A program made the position numbers and the translations under genes. Below are positions 56,538 to 64,000 of a stretch of DNA of 64,000 nucleotides, piece after piece (within the stretch, counting starts at the first letter, position 1; every line of letters begins with the position of its first letter). This DNA is from Acutalibacteraceae bacterium (GTDB taxonomy: Bacteria; Bacillota; Clostridia; Oscillospirales; Acutalibacteraceae): assembly GCA_045646485.1 (NCBI GenBank), contig JAZRKU010000058.1:596-64595 (forward strand). Direction: 5' to 3'. Under the pieces are notes generated by a model. The model did no database searches and was not told where the DNA came from. It was given only the letters and a program-made list of their open reading frames with translations.

Positions 56538-59162
56538 TTATGAAATTGTAATTGTTTGAGTACCTATTGTTGTGCCGTCAGCAGATTGAATTGTAAACGT
56601 TACAGTGTAGCCTGACGTAGAAGTCGGCGGATAAACAACAATGGTGCTTGTGTTATCTTCAGAGAATGTCACTGTGCTTGAAGATGTGTAGTTATATTGA
56701 GTTGTATATTTAAGAGTGAGTGTTTCGCCATAATAAGTTTTGTCTAATGCAATTATGTGGAAATAAGCACTACTTGTGTGACTTACACTATCAACAGAAG
56801 TTTCAGTATCGGTTGAAGACGTGTTAACAAAGAATTTAAGTGCAGAATCACTTGAAGCACCTAAAAGCTCGGTTTTTAAGTCAACGCTGTTTCTGTAATT
56901 GATTTTAGCAAGCTCGTTAAGGAATTTAACAGTTGTTTCGTTCTCGGTTGAAAGATTTTCTGTTACGTATAAAAACTTTGCTTCGTTGAGCTTGTCAGGT
57001 GAATCTGAGTAGGTTTTAAGAGAAGCGAGAATTTCAATTGCTTCTTCATATTTCTTACTCTCAATTAAAGAAAGAGCAGTTCTGTAAGAGCATTCTTTTA
57101 CCATATCCTTGCTGTCGCCGTAATCATTTAATTCTTTGAATATAGCTTCAGCTTCAGAATATTTGCCGTCTTCGAGCAACTCCTTTGCAAGGTTGTAATC
57201 GCAAAGTTGAATTTTAGTTTCAACATCAGCGTTATAGCCACTTAAAGCGCTTAAAGCAGTTTTTGCTTCAGAATATCTGCCTGCCTCAATAAGTAAGAGT
57301 GCATCCTGATATTTGCATTCTTTTATTTTCGCCTGAGAATCTTCATAATCACCTAATTTTTCAAAGATAACAATTGCTTCAGAATATTTCTTCGCTTCAA
57401 AAAGCTCAATAGCAGATTCATATTGTGATTCTGCTATGAAGCCGGGAACAAATCTTACGGCGTTAACTGCTATAATTGCAATAACGAAAATTGCAACTGC
57501 AATAAGGATTTTTGATTTGTTATTTTTCTTAGGAACAAGAGTTGTTTCTCTGTCAGGGTCATTCTTTCTTGCTCTGTCAAATTTTTTGGCAAGAGATTGG
57601 AATTCCTCGGTCTGAGTATTTACACTCTTGATTTTCTTGAAGCGCTCATGTCTTGCAATGTCGTCACGCTCTTCTTGAGAGAGCTCGGGATATTCCTGTG
57701 TTTTTGCGACTTTTGCTTTTTCTATTGCATCATCCTCATCAGAGGTAGTTTCATCGTTTTCGCCTTCTGTTTCGGCAGCTTCTTCGGCTTTTTCAGACTC
57801 GTCGGTGTAGTTGAAAGGTGATTCTTCTGCTTCAGGAGCACTTTTGTTTTCGTTTCCTGCGTCGAAAATATCGCCGATAACAACGTCGGTGTTAGGTAAA
57901 TCAACCTCTGTGTCTGCTTCAAGAATTGGTGCATGAACATTATGGAATTGAACAGGTGTATCTTTAAAAGATGTTTCCTGAGGAACTTCTTTTTGTTCAG
58001 TTGTTTCGTCAGTTTCTTCTGTTTCATCCTGAATTTCAGGTTGTTCAGGCTCAGTAACGTCAGTAACTTCTTCTACCTCGATTTTTTCGGTAACGTCTGT
58101 AACCTCTTCAATTACAGTTTCATGCTCTGTAATATCAACCTCTTCAACTTCAATTTCTTCTGAAGCTGAGGCAGAGTTTTCAGTTTCTTCACCGATTTCT
58201 TCGTTTTCGTCTGTAATATCAAGAGAATCGCTTTCGTCATCGATAATAATAACAGATTTAACCGGTTCATCTGTTTCGCTTGATTCTTCAGCCTTAAGAC
58301 TCTCTTCAAAGAATGAATAAGCAGTAATTTTGAGCTTTTCTGCAGTAGCAGCAGTACCGCTTACAGAGGTGTAGTTACCATCCTGAAGTATGTTATCTAA
58401 AAGAATGAAGTTCTCTGCATTTGCCATAAGATAATCATACTTATCCTTGTTCTTTTCAAAGAACATGACAATACAGCGGTAATAAATCTCAAGATTTCTG
58501 ATGTCTGATGTAAGAATACCTGTGAAAACAGTGTGAGAAGCAATGTCAGATTTAATTTTATTGAGCTTTTTCACACCGATTTCGTTTGCATCCTCAGGAG
58601 AAACAAGGAAACATTTAGAAAGATTGTAAATCATAGTGTTTCCGTTGCGTTTATTATATGCATCAGCAAAATCTGCGAGTTTATTTCTGAATTTTAAAGC
58701 TTCTTCCTGTATTTTTAAAATGATAGTAACAAGGCTTTTGATTTTTTCTGCATCTGCAGTTTCAAAAGCGGCAATATGTATTTTTGCAAGAGCTTTTTCA
58801 AGTCTGTCTGCTTCGTCGTTTGCGATTTCAAGAAATTTAGGAAAATCACTGTCTGGAACTAACTCTACAGCAAATATGATTTTTTCATAGATATCTTCTA
58901 AAGAGGTTGAATCCTCGTCGAAATTGAAGCCATCACCAAGAGCCTTGTATAAAAGCGCCTTGTAATTACTGCCGTCGCTTACAATAGCCTTCATAAGATA
59001 ATCTGAAGATTCTGCAAGTCTTCCTTCTTTGTAGCAGTGGATTCCTAAAAGAAGGCTTTCTTCAGAGTCGGGATGAAACATACCACAACTTGAGCAAAAA
59101 TAACCTTCGTCATTTTTCTGTAAATAAGCGTTTTTGCACTTTTCACAAATAATTTTTTCCAT
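56538..59162 (-). CDS. Zinc-ribbon / helical / long acidic region / single-TM / extracytoplasmic repeat protein, function unknown
   Basis: 874 aa. N-terminal ICEKCKNAYLQKNDEGYFCSSCG (CxxC-N14-CxxC). ~250-aa Glu/Asp/Thr-rich low-complexity segment (EIEVEEVDITEHETVIEEVTDVTEKIEVEEVTDVTE). TM helix ILIAVAIFVIAIIAVNAV. About five ~36-aa repeats (KYSEAxxIFxxLxDYxDSxxxxKEC), then a Ser/Thr-rich beta-looking C-terminus. Confidence 0.6.
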   Translation of the reverse strand: MEKIICEKCKNAYLQKNDEGYFCSSCGMFHPDSEESLLLGIHCYKEGRLAESSDYLMKAIVSDGSNYKALLYKALGDGFNFDEDSTSLEDIYEKIIFAVELVPDSDFPKFLEIANDEADRLEKALAKIHIAAFETADAEKIKSLVTIILKIQEEALKFRNKLADFADAYNKRNGNTMIYNLSKCFLVSPEDANEIGVKKLNKIKSDIASHTVFTGILTSDIRNLEIYYRCIVMFFEKNKDKYDYLMANAENFILLDNILQDGNYTSVSGTAATAEKLKITAYSFFEESLKAEESSETDEPVKSVIIIDDESDSLDITDENEEIGEETENSASASEEIEVEEVDITEHETVIEEVTDVTEKIEVEEVTDVTEPEQPEIQDETEETDETTEQKEVPQETSFKDTPVQFHNVHAPILEADTEVDLPNTDVVIGDIFDAGNENKSAPEAEESPFNYTDESEKAEEAAETEGENDETTSDEDDAIEKAKVAKTQEYPELSQEERDDIARHERFKKIKSVNTQTEEFQSLAKKFDRARKNDPDRETTLVPKKNNKSKILIAVAIFVIAIIAVNAVRFVPGFIAESQYESAIELFEAKKYSEAIVIFEKLGDYEDSQAKIKECKYQDALLLIEAGRYSEAKTALSALSGYNADVETKIQLCDYNLAKELLEDGKYSEAEAIFKELNDYGDSKDMVKECSYRTALSLIESKKYEEAIEILASLKTYSDSPDKLNEAKFLYVTENLSTENETTVKFLNELAKINYRNSVDLKTELLGASSDSALKFFVNTSSTDTETSVDSVSHTSSAYFHIIALDKTYYGETLTLKYTTQYNYTSSSTVTFSEDNTSTIVVYPPTSTSGYTVTFTIQSADGTTIGTQTITIS

Positions 59163-59230
59163 AGTTACCCCCGTAAGGAATAAATTTGTTTTGATTCAGA
59201 ATAAAGTTATTACAAATCAATATCCATTAT

Positions 59231-59260
59231 ATAATAACACAAAAGCACTACGCTTTTCAA
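59231..59260 (-). promoter_or_regulatory. Candidate sigma-A-type promoter of the zinc-ribbon/GT2/GT2 operon
   Basis: Minus strand TTGAAA-18 nt-TGtTATTAT. Confidence 0.45.
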
Positions 59261-59307
59261 CATTTTATTACAAAATTATTACAAAAATCTTGTTATTATA
59301 AAATAAA

Positions 59308-59340
59308 AGGGGCAAAAAACAGTGTTTTTGTCCCTTTTGC
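59308..59340 (-). terminator. Terminator after the 750-aa gene
   Basis: AAAGGGGCAAAAA/TTTTTGTCCCTTT stem (one G-T pair) followed by U-rich sequence on the minus strand. Confidence 0.7.
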
Positions 59341-59342
59341 AA

Positions 59343-61556
59343 TTATTTTATAAAGATTTCACATAACTCAATACCTTTGTGTGGTTCGGTAATGAGCAAA
59401 TCAAGAGTACCATTTATGAAGAATTCTTTGTTGATTTTGTAAGATGCACTTAAGAAGCCTTTGCAAAGCATTTCTTTGTCAAAGCTTTCATCCCTTTTTC
59501 CACCATAAGAAGTACCCTCATAAACAGTGAATCCGTTAGCGGTTATTTTCTGGTGCGTGTCGTTTGTGTTGTGGTCTTTATAAATTATTATGAGAGTGTA
59601 GTCTCTGTCAGAAAAACCGCCTGTTTTAAGGTGAAAACTGAAATGGTCATAAACCTTGAGCATACTCATTGGTATAGAACCGTCATTTTCGGGTCTGTCA
59701 CCCTGGAAATTCATATAAAACTCGCCATCCTGACGAACTCCTGTGGCAACAAGCTCGTGCATTGCTACCGAGAAGTAAAATTCATCTGCTGCAACGGTGT
59801 TTCTGTTTAAAAGACGGTCAATAAAAGCATTTTGCTCGTTTTGCGGTAAGGATTCGCAATACTCTATTCTGTTTAAAAGCCACTTTTTGTCTGTTATCGG
59901 TCTGTCGATAGTGTCAAGTGTTGCACCACGTTCCCAACCATCCGTGTGGTAGTTTTCTACGTCGAGTTGTATACGTATAATGTTGAATAATTTTTCAGCT
60001 AAATAAAAAATTTCTGCACGAAGCGAGCAGTAAAACTCCGGGTAATCTGAATTTAAAATGTTTTTTGCTTTTTTTATGTCGGATTTTTTTAGGTAATATC
60101 TTGCTTCTTCTACTAAAGCTTCTTCAAAAGTAAATCTTTCAAGAATTAGTTTATCGCAACACGCTCTGAAATAAAGCAACAAAAATCGCCAATTTGAACA
60201 AAGGTGCGGGTAAGAGTCTGCTAATTCTTTGAATGTTCTGTAGGTTGCATTTATAGATGGATTGTTTTTGGGGTTACCTTCCCAATTTTTTTCTAATCCA
60301 AAAATTGCATCTGTCATAAGTTCGATGTCTGTACCATAAAAGAAAAATCTTACATAATCTGATACAGCCTCTCTTAATGGGTATTGTGAGTCGAATTCAA
60401 GAAGCGACCACACCATTTTATTCAAGTCGTCGTGAACACCTTCAGAGTAGCTTACACTACCTACTGTGTAGTGAGCAAAAAGTCTGTGAAGTGTTGCGAA
60501 TTCAACGGGTCTCGGGTTTACACTTTCTCTTGAAAGAGTAGATGCAAAAGCGTAATGCCAATCGTCACTCAAAAAATGAACGGGGTATTCACAACGCACA
60601 TTATGAGTAATATCGGGGTAAAATCGCATTGGGTATTTTTGAGGTGTTTTTGCCCTTAATTCGTGCATGGGGTAAGCGTGGTTTGGCCCCATAATTAGAC
60701 CGTCTATTTCATCGGGTTGGTTTTCTAATTCCTTAATTAAAACCTCACCCCAATCGTGGTATTTATGCGGAGCTTGTGCAGATGGGTACACAGAAGCATT
60801 TTTGTGCGTTTCTTTGAGAACTTTTGAAATTGCCTTTGTTCGCTTTATAAATTCGTCGGCATAAAGTTCTCCGGGGTCGCCACCGGGAATAAAAAGATAG
60901 TCAAGGCGAGGTATTTTTTTATAAAGTTCTTTTCTTCTTGCAACGGCGGATTCGTCTGTTTCATCGTCACAGTTAGGGTGCCACAAAGAAACGTCCATAT
61001 CTATTTTGTCGGCAAGACGCGAAGCTTCAATTAAAAATTCTTCTTCATCATATTGCATCAGGCAATTTCTGTTGGATACACCTTTTTCGTAAGGAATATG
61101 TTCGCAGGTGTTTGTTGTAAATGCCATCATATCAAGATAGTAGCTGAAATATAGTTCGTAGTCCCAAGCATCGTAGGTGTTTGGTGTTGTTCTGTAACCA
61201 ACCTGATGACCACGTATTTTCTTTTCGGGGGTATATGTACCGCTTATATCTTTAATGAGAATGATATCTCTGCCTTTAAACTCGCATTTTCTCAAAAAAT
61301 GTGAGTAGGCAAAGATAAGCCCTCTTGCAGTCTTGGCAGAAAATGTAATCAGTTTTTCAGAAATATCAATCGAATAACAATCGTGATCAACAAAATCATT
61401 GTTTATTAAAAATTTTATTTGTGTTTTATCTGCGGTATCTAATTTAACAAAAAAATTTCCTGTACGTTTATCAAATTCTTTTTTGAAAAACTCAGCACAC
61501 ATTAATTCTTCTTTTGTTTTTGCAATAGTAATAAAATCTTTAAATTTAAACTGCAT
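59343..61556 (-). CDS. Hypothetical cytoplasmic protein, possibly glycoside-hydrolase-like; function unknown
   Basis: Start moved to ATG 61556 (GAGGGTG SD; MQFKFKDF...). The layout of an N-terminal alpha/beta domain followed by RGHQVGYRT...YLDMMAF...IPGGDPGE resembles GH20b-type N-domain plus TIM-barrel families only loosely. No signal peptide. Confidence 0.45.
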   Translation of the reverse strand: MQFKFKDFITIAKTKEELMCAEFFKKEFDKRTGNFFVKLDTADKTQIKFLINNDFVDHDCYSIDISEKLITFSAKTARGLIFAYSHFLRKCEFKGRDIILIKDISGTYTPEKKIRGHQVGYRTTPNTYDAWDYELYFSYYLDMMAFTTNTCEHIPYEKGVSNRNCLMQYDEEEFLIEASRLADKIDMDVSLWHPNCDDETDESAVARRKELYKKIPRLDYLFIPGGDPGELYADEFIKRTKAISKVLKETHKNASVYPSAQAPHKYHDWGEVLIKELENQPDEIDGLIMGPNHAYPMHELRAKTPQKYPMRFYPDITHNVRCEYPVHFLSDDWHYAFASTLSRESVNPRPVEFATLHRLFAHYTVGSVSYSEGVHDDLNKMVWSLLEFDSQYPLREAVSDYVRFFFYGTDIELMTDAIFGLEKNWEGNPKNNPSINATYRTFKELADSYPHLCSNWRFLLLYFRACCDKLILERFTFEEALVEEARYYLKKSDIKKAKNILNSDYPEFYCSLRAEIFYLAEKLFNIIRIQLDVENYHTDGWERGATLDTIDRPITDKKWLLNRIEYCESLPQNEQNAFIDRLLNRNTVAADEFYFSVAMHELVATGVRQDGEFYMNFQGDRPENDGSIPMSMLKVYDHFSFHLKTGGFSDRDYTLIIIYKDHNTNDTHQKITANGFTVYEGTSYGGKRDESFDKEMLCKGFLSASYKINKEFFINGTLDLLITEPHKGIELCEIFIK

Positions 61557-61629
61557 AAAATCACCCTCTGAAACTTTATAAATAGATAGTATCATAATAA
61601 AAGCATCATAGCAAGAAATAAAATTTTTA

Positions 61630-61657
61630 TTGCAATTTGAATTTTATATGTTAGAAT
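61630..61657 (+). promoter_or_regulatory. Candidate promoter of plsC
   Basis: TTGCAA-16 nt-TGtTAGAAT. Confidence 0.5.
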
Positions 61658-61689
61658 GAAACGTATAAAGTATGAAAGTAGGAAGAGTT

Positions 61690-62436
61690 ATGACATTCAG
61701 AACGTTCAGATGGTTTTCTCAAGTGGTATTTTCACTTTTAAAACTCATTCCAAAAATGAAAAAAGGCGTTAAGCTCAAAAATACAGGTGAATTAGAAAAT
61801 TACAAGCCTTTTGTTGATGAGCAGTTAAGAAAATGGCTGAATCCGCTTATGAAGTCTGCCGGGGTGGAGTTTGAAGTAATAGGCAAAGAAAATATTCCCG
61901 AAAACGAAGCGGTAATTTACGTGCCTAATCACCAGGGTCTTTTTGATATGCCTGCTCTTATTTTAAATACACCGACGCCGTGTGGCTTTATTGCAAAAAA
62001 AGAACTCAAAAAGGTTCCTATTGTAAGAACCTGGATGTGGCTTCTTGATTGTGTTTTTATTGACCGACAAAATAAACGTGAGGCAAGAGTTGCAATTAAA
62101 GAGTCGGTTGAGCTTATAAAAAAGGGCAGAAGTATGGTAATATTCCCTGAAGGAACACGCTCACGCGACGGTGTGCCGTTACCGTTTAAATCAGGTGTTA
62201 TGATGATTGCCAAAGAAACAAATGCAAAAATTGTTCCTGTTGCACTTGAGGGTATAATAGAGCGCTTTGAGGGTAGTGGCAACATAACGCCGGGTAAAGT
62301 AAGAGTAACATTTTTACCGGTTGTTGAAACTGAAAATCTTTCGAGAGATGAATTAAAAGCAATACCTGAAATGCTAAGAGAAAAAATTGTTGCAGTACTT
62401 AAAGCAGACGGTGCAATTCCGCAGGATGCACAATAA
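61690..62436 (+). CDS. plsC: 1-acyl-sn-glycerol-3-phosphate acyltransferase
   Basis: NHQGLFD (HX4D), FPEGTRS and IVPVAL blocks. Start at ATG 61690 (AGGAAG SD) is preferred to ATG 61672. Confidence 0.85.
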   Translation: MTFRTFRWFSQVVFSLLKLIPKMKKGVKLKNTGELENYKPFVDEQLRKWLNPLMKSAGVEFEVIGKENIPENEAVIYVPNHQGLFDMPALILNTPTPCGFIAKKELKKVPIVRTWMWLLDCVFIDRQNKREARVAIKESVELIKKGRSMVIFPEGTRSRDGVPLPFKSGVMMIAKETNAKIVPVALEGIIERFEGSGNITPGKVRVTFLPVVETENLSRDELKAIPEMLREKIVAVLKADGAIPQDAQ

Positions 62437-62459
62437 CGAAATAATTGAAATAATACACA

Positions 62460-62500
62460 AAGGGGTTCTTACAGAAATTGCTCTGTAGAACCCCTTATGT
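62460..62500. terminator. Terminator-like hairpin between plsC and the DMT gene
   Basis: AAGGGGTTCT(T)ACAG / CTGTAGAACCCCTT stem. Confidence 0.6.
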
Positions 62501-62539
62501 TATATTGTTTTATGTCGCCTGTGCATTTAACATATCCGT

Positions 62540-62968
62540 TTATTTTTTGAAAAGAATAATTCCACTAATTGCGAGTAAAATTCCAACAAGCTTTGACCAT
62601 TGAAAATCAGATTTTTCTACACCGAAAAGACCAAACAATTCAATTAAATAAGCCACAAGCACCTGAGCGGTAACAATAATAATTACAGCTTGAGCAGGGC
62701 CGAGTGACGACATGCTTCTGACGACGGTGTAAGTAATTAAAGCACCCATAATACCGCCTAAGAGCATATATTTGTTATTTATTGAAAACAATGCACCGAA
62801 GCTACTGTCGCGTCCTGTAAAAAACCAGGCAACAATGCAGAACAAAAATGCCGTAAGCTGAACGAATGAAGCAGAAACCCACATAGAAGTCTGCTTTGTA
62901 ACGCCCTCGTTAAAAACACCCTGAATGCTCATAAGAGCACCCGAAATAACAGCAATTAAAATGCCCAT
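62540..62968 (-). CDS. Small DMT-superfamily membrane protein (DUF606/YdcZ-like)
   Basis: 142 aa with five hydrophobic helices and a composition typical of half-size DMT transporters. Confidence 0.65.
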   Translation of the reverse strand: MGILIAVISGALMSIQGVFNEGVTKQTSMWVSASFVQLTAFLFCIVAWFFTGRDSSFGALFSINNKYMLLGGIMGALITYTVVRSMSSLGPAQAVIIIVTAQVLVAYLIELFGLFGVEKSDFQWSKLVGILLAISGIILFKK

Positions 62969-63011
62969 AAAAAATCACCCGGTAATATTATTAACGGGTG
63001 ATTTAATATTA

Positions 63012-64000
63012 TTATTCAGTTTCGGTTGTTTCTTCTTTTTCTTCAAGATATTTTGGTTCGGCAGAAGTGATGCCGTCAATTTCTAAAATATCGAAATATG
63101 GAGCAGAACGCTTTGAGGATTCTTTGAAATAGCCGTATTTACTGATTACTTCAGTATCAGGCTCGTTGTTCTCATCCTTGTCAACGTCAGCCAAATAAGA
63201 GTCAATTGGCTTTTTCTCAACGGTGAAATTAGAGGTGTCAAAAACATGAAGAGTATCTGTTTCAAGAGATAAAAGAACCTCTTCGATTTTTGCCAGAGTG
63301 CCTTCTGCAGCTAAATCCTGGTTGAGACCAGAAAGAACTATAGAGCCCTCAGAAATTCCTCCGCACCAGTCAAAAGCGATTTCTTCACCTAAGTTAGCCT
63401 GAATTATTATGTAACTGAGATATGGTGCCCAATTTATAGAAGAAGATATAAGGAAGGTTTCAGGGAATTTGTCGTAAGTGCATTGGTTATAACCTATGTT
63501 AGGAATACCGGCTTTTTCACAAGCTTCAGGAACACCTAAAGAATCAGTGTGCTGACTTATTATAAGAGCACCGTCTTTAATAAGCTTTTCTGCAAGCTTC
63601 TTTTCTTGAGTTGTGTCAAACCATGAGCCGACAAATTCAACCTGCATTGTTACAGTAGGGCAAACAGATTTAGCACCAAGATAAAAAGCAGAGTAGCCTG
63701 AAATGATTTCGGGAGTAGAGAAAGCACCTACGTAGCCTAATTTAGCTTCCTTTTTTGTAATTTCTCCGGACTCAATCATTTCATTGAGCTTCATACCAGC
63801 AACAATACCTGTAATATATCTGGCCTGGTAAATGTGAGCGAAAGCGTTATGAAAGTTAGGTAATTCTTCTGTGTGAGCCATAATGCCCGTAGCCTGGCAA
63901 AACTGAACGTCAGGATATTCCTTTGCCGCTCTGAGCATATATTCTTCGTGACCGAAAGAATTTGCAAAAACAATGTCACAACCTTGTTCTGCAAGGTCTT
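63012..64000 (-). CDS. BMP-family (PnrA/Med-like) ABC transporter substrate-binding protein, C-terminal part; 5' end beyond window
   Basis: Frame stays open upstream of the track Met to base 64000 (…DLAEQGCDIVFANSFGHEEYMLRAAKEYPDVQF…). The pattern is typical of basic-membrane-protein nucleoside-binding lipoproteins. Confidence 0.8.
   Translation of the reverse strand, partial: DLAEQGCDIVFANSFGHEEYMLRAAKEYPDVQFCQATGIMAHTEELPNFHNAFAHIYQARYITGIVAGMKLNEMIESGEITKKEAKLGYVGAFSTPEIISGYSAFYLGAKSVCPTVTMQVEFVGSWFDTTQEKKLAEKLIKDGALIISQHTDSLGVPEACEKAGIPNIGYNQCTYDKFPETFLISSSINWAPYLSYIIIQANLGEEIAFDWCGGISEGSIVLSGLNQDLAAEGTLAKIEEVLLSLETDTLHVFDTSNFTVEKKPIDSYLADVDKDENNEPDTEVISKYGYFKESSKRSAPYFDILEIDGITSAEPKYLEEKEETTETE

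Overview
This is an AT-rich chromosomal segment from an endospore-forming, Clostridia-class Firmicute. Supporting markers are spoIIR, yabP-yabQ-divIC-yabR synteny, ypeB, an alpha/beta-type SASP and a Prp-processed L27. A dockerin-like module on a surface protein hints at a Ruminococcus/Oscillospiraceae-like host, but that is inference only. I call 57 protein-coding genes, two of them truncated by the window edges. I saw no rRNA, tRNA, CRISPR array, transposase or integrase. Housekeeping blocks are: class I lysyl-tRNA synthetase; pepD-nadE; galT; the CIRCE-controlled hrcA-grpE-dnaK-dnaJ operon; a contiguous gtrB/gtrA/yfhO-type envelope glycosylation module; rplU-prp-rpmA; ispE; azlCD; galE plus an intracellular GH13 enzyme; nifS-thiI-cinA(C)-srtB; MATE, suhB, plsC and transporters. 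The items most worth a second look are these. (1) A three-gene operon (52474-59162) encodes a zinc-ribbon/acidic/transmembrane/repeat protein followed by two tandem paralogous cytoplasmic GT2 plus helical-repeat glycosyltransferases, with a third paralog 45 kb away behind dnaJ. No substrate, transporter or polysaccharide genes are nearby. (2) A 278-bp, highly structured element with 28-nt terminal inverted repeats sits between prp and rpmA inside the L21-Prp-L27 operon. It is either an undescribed cis-regulatory RNA or a MITE-like insertion. (3) A 97-bp tandem repeat carries a long hairpin. (4) An LRR/dockerin surface gene is built from three tandem 456-bp modules. All functional calls rest on motif recognition by eye; no database searches were run.
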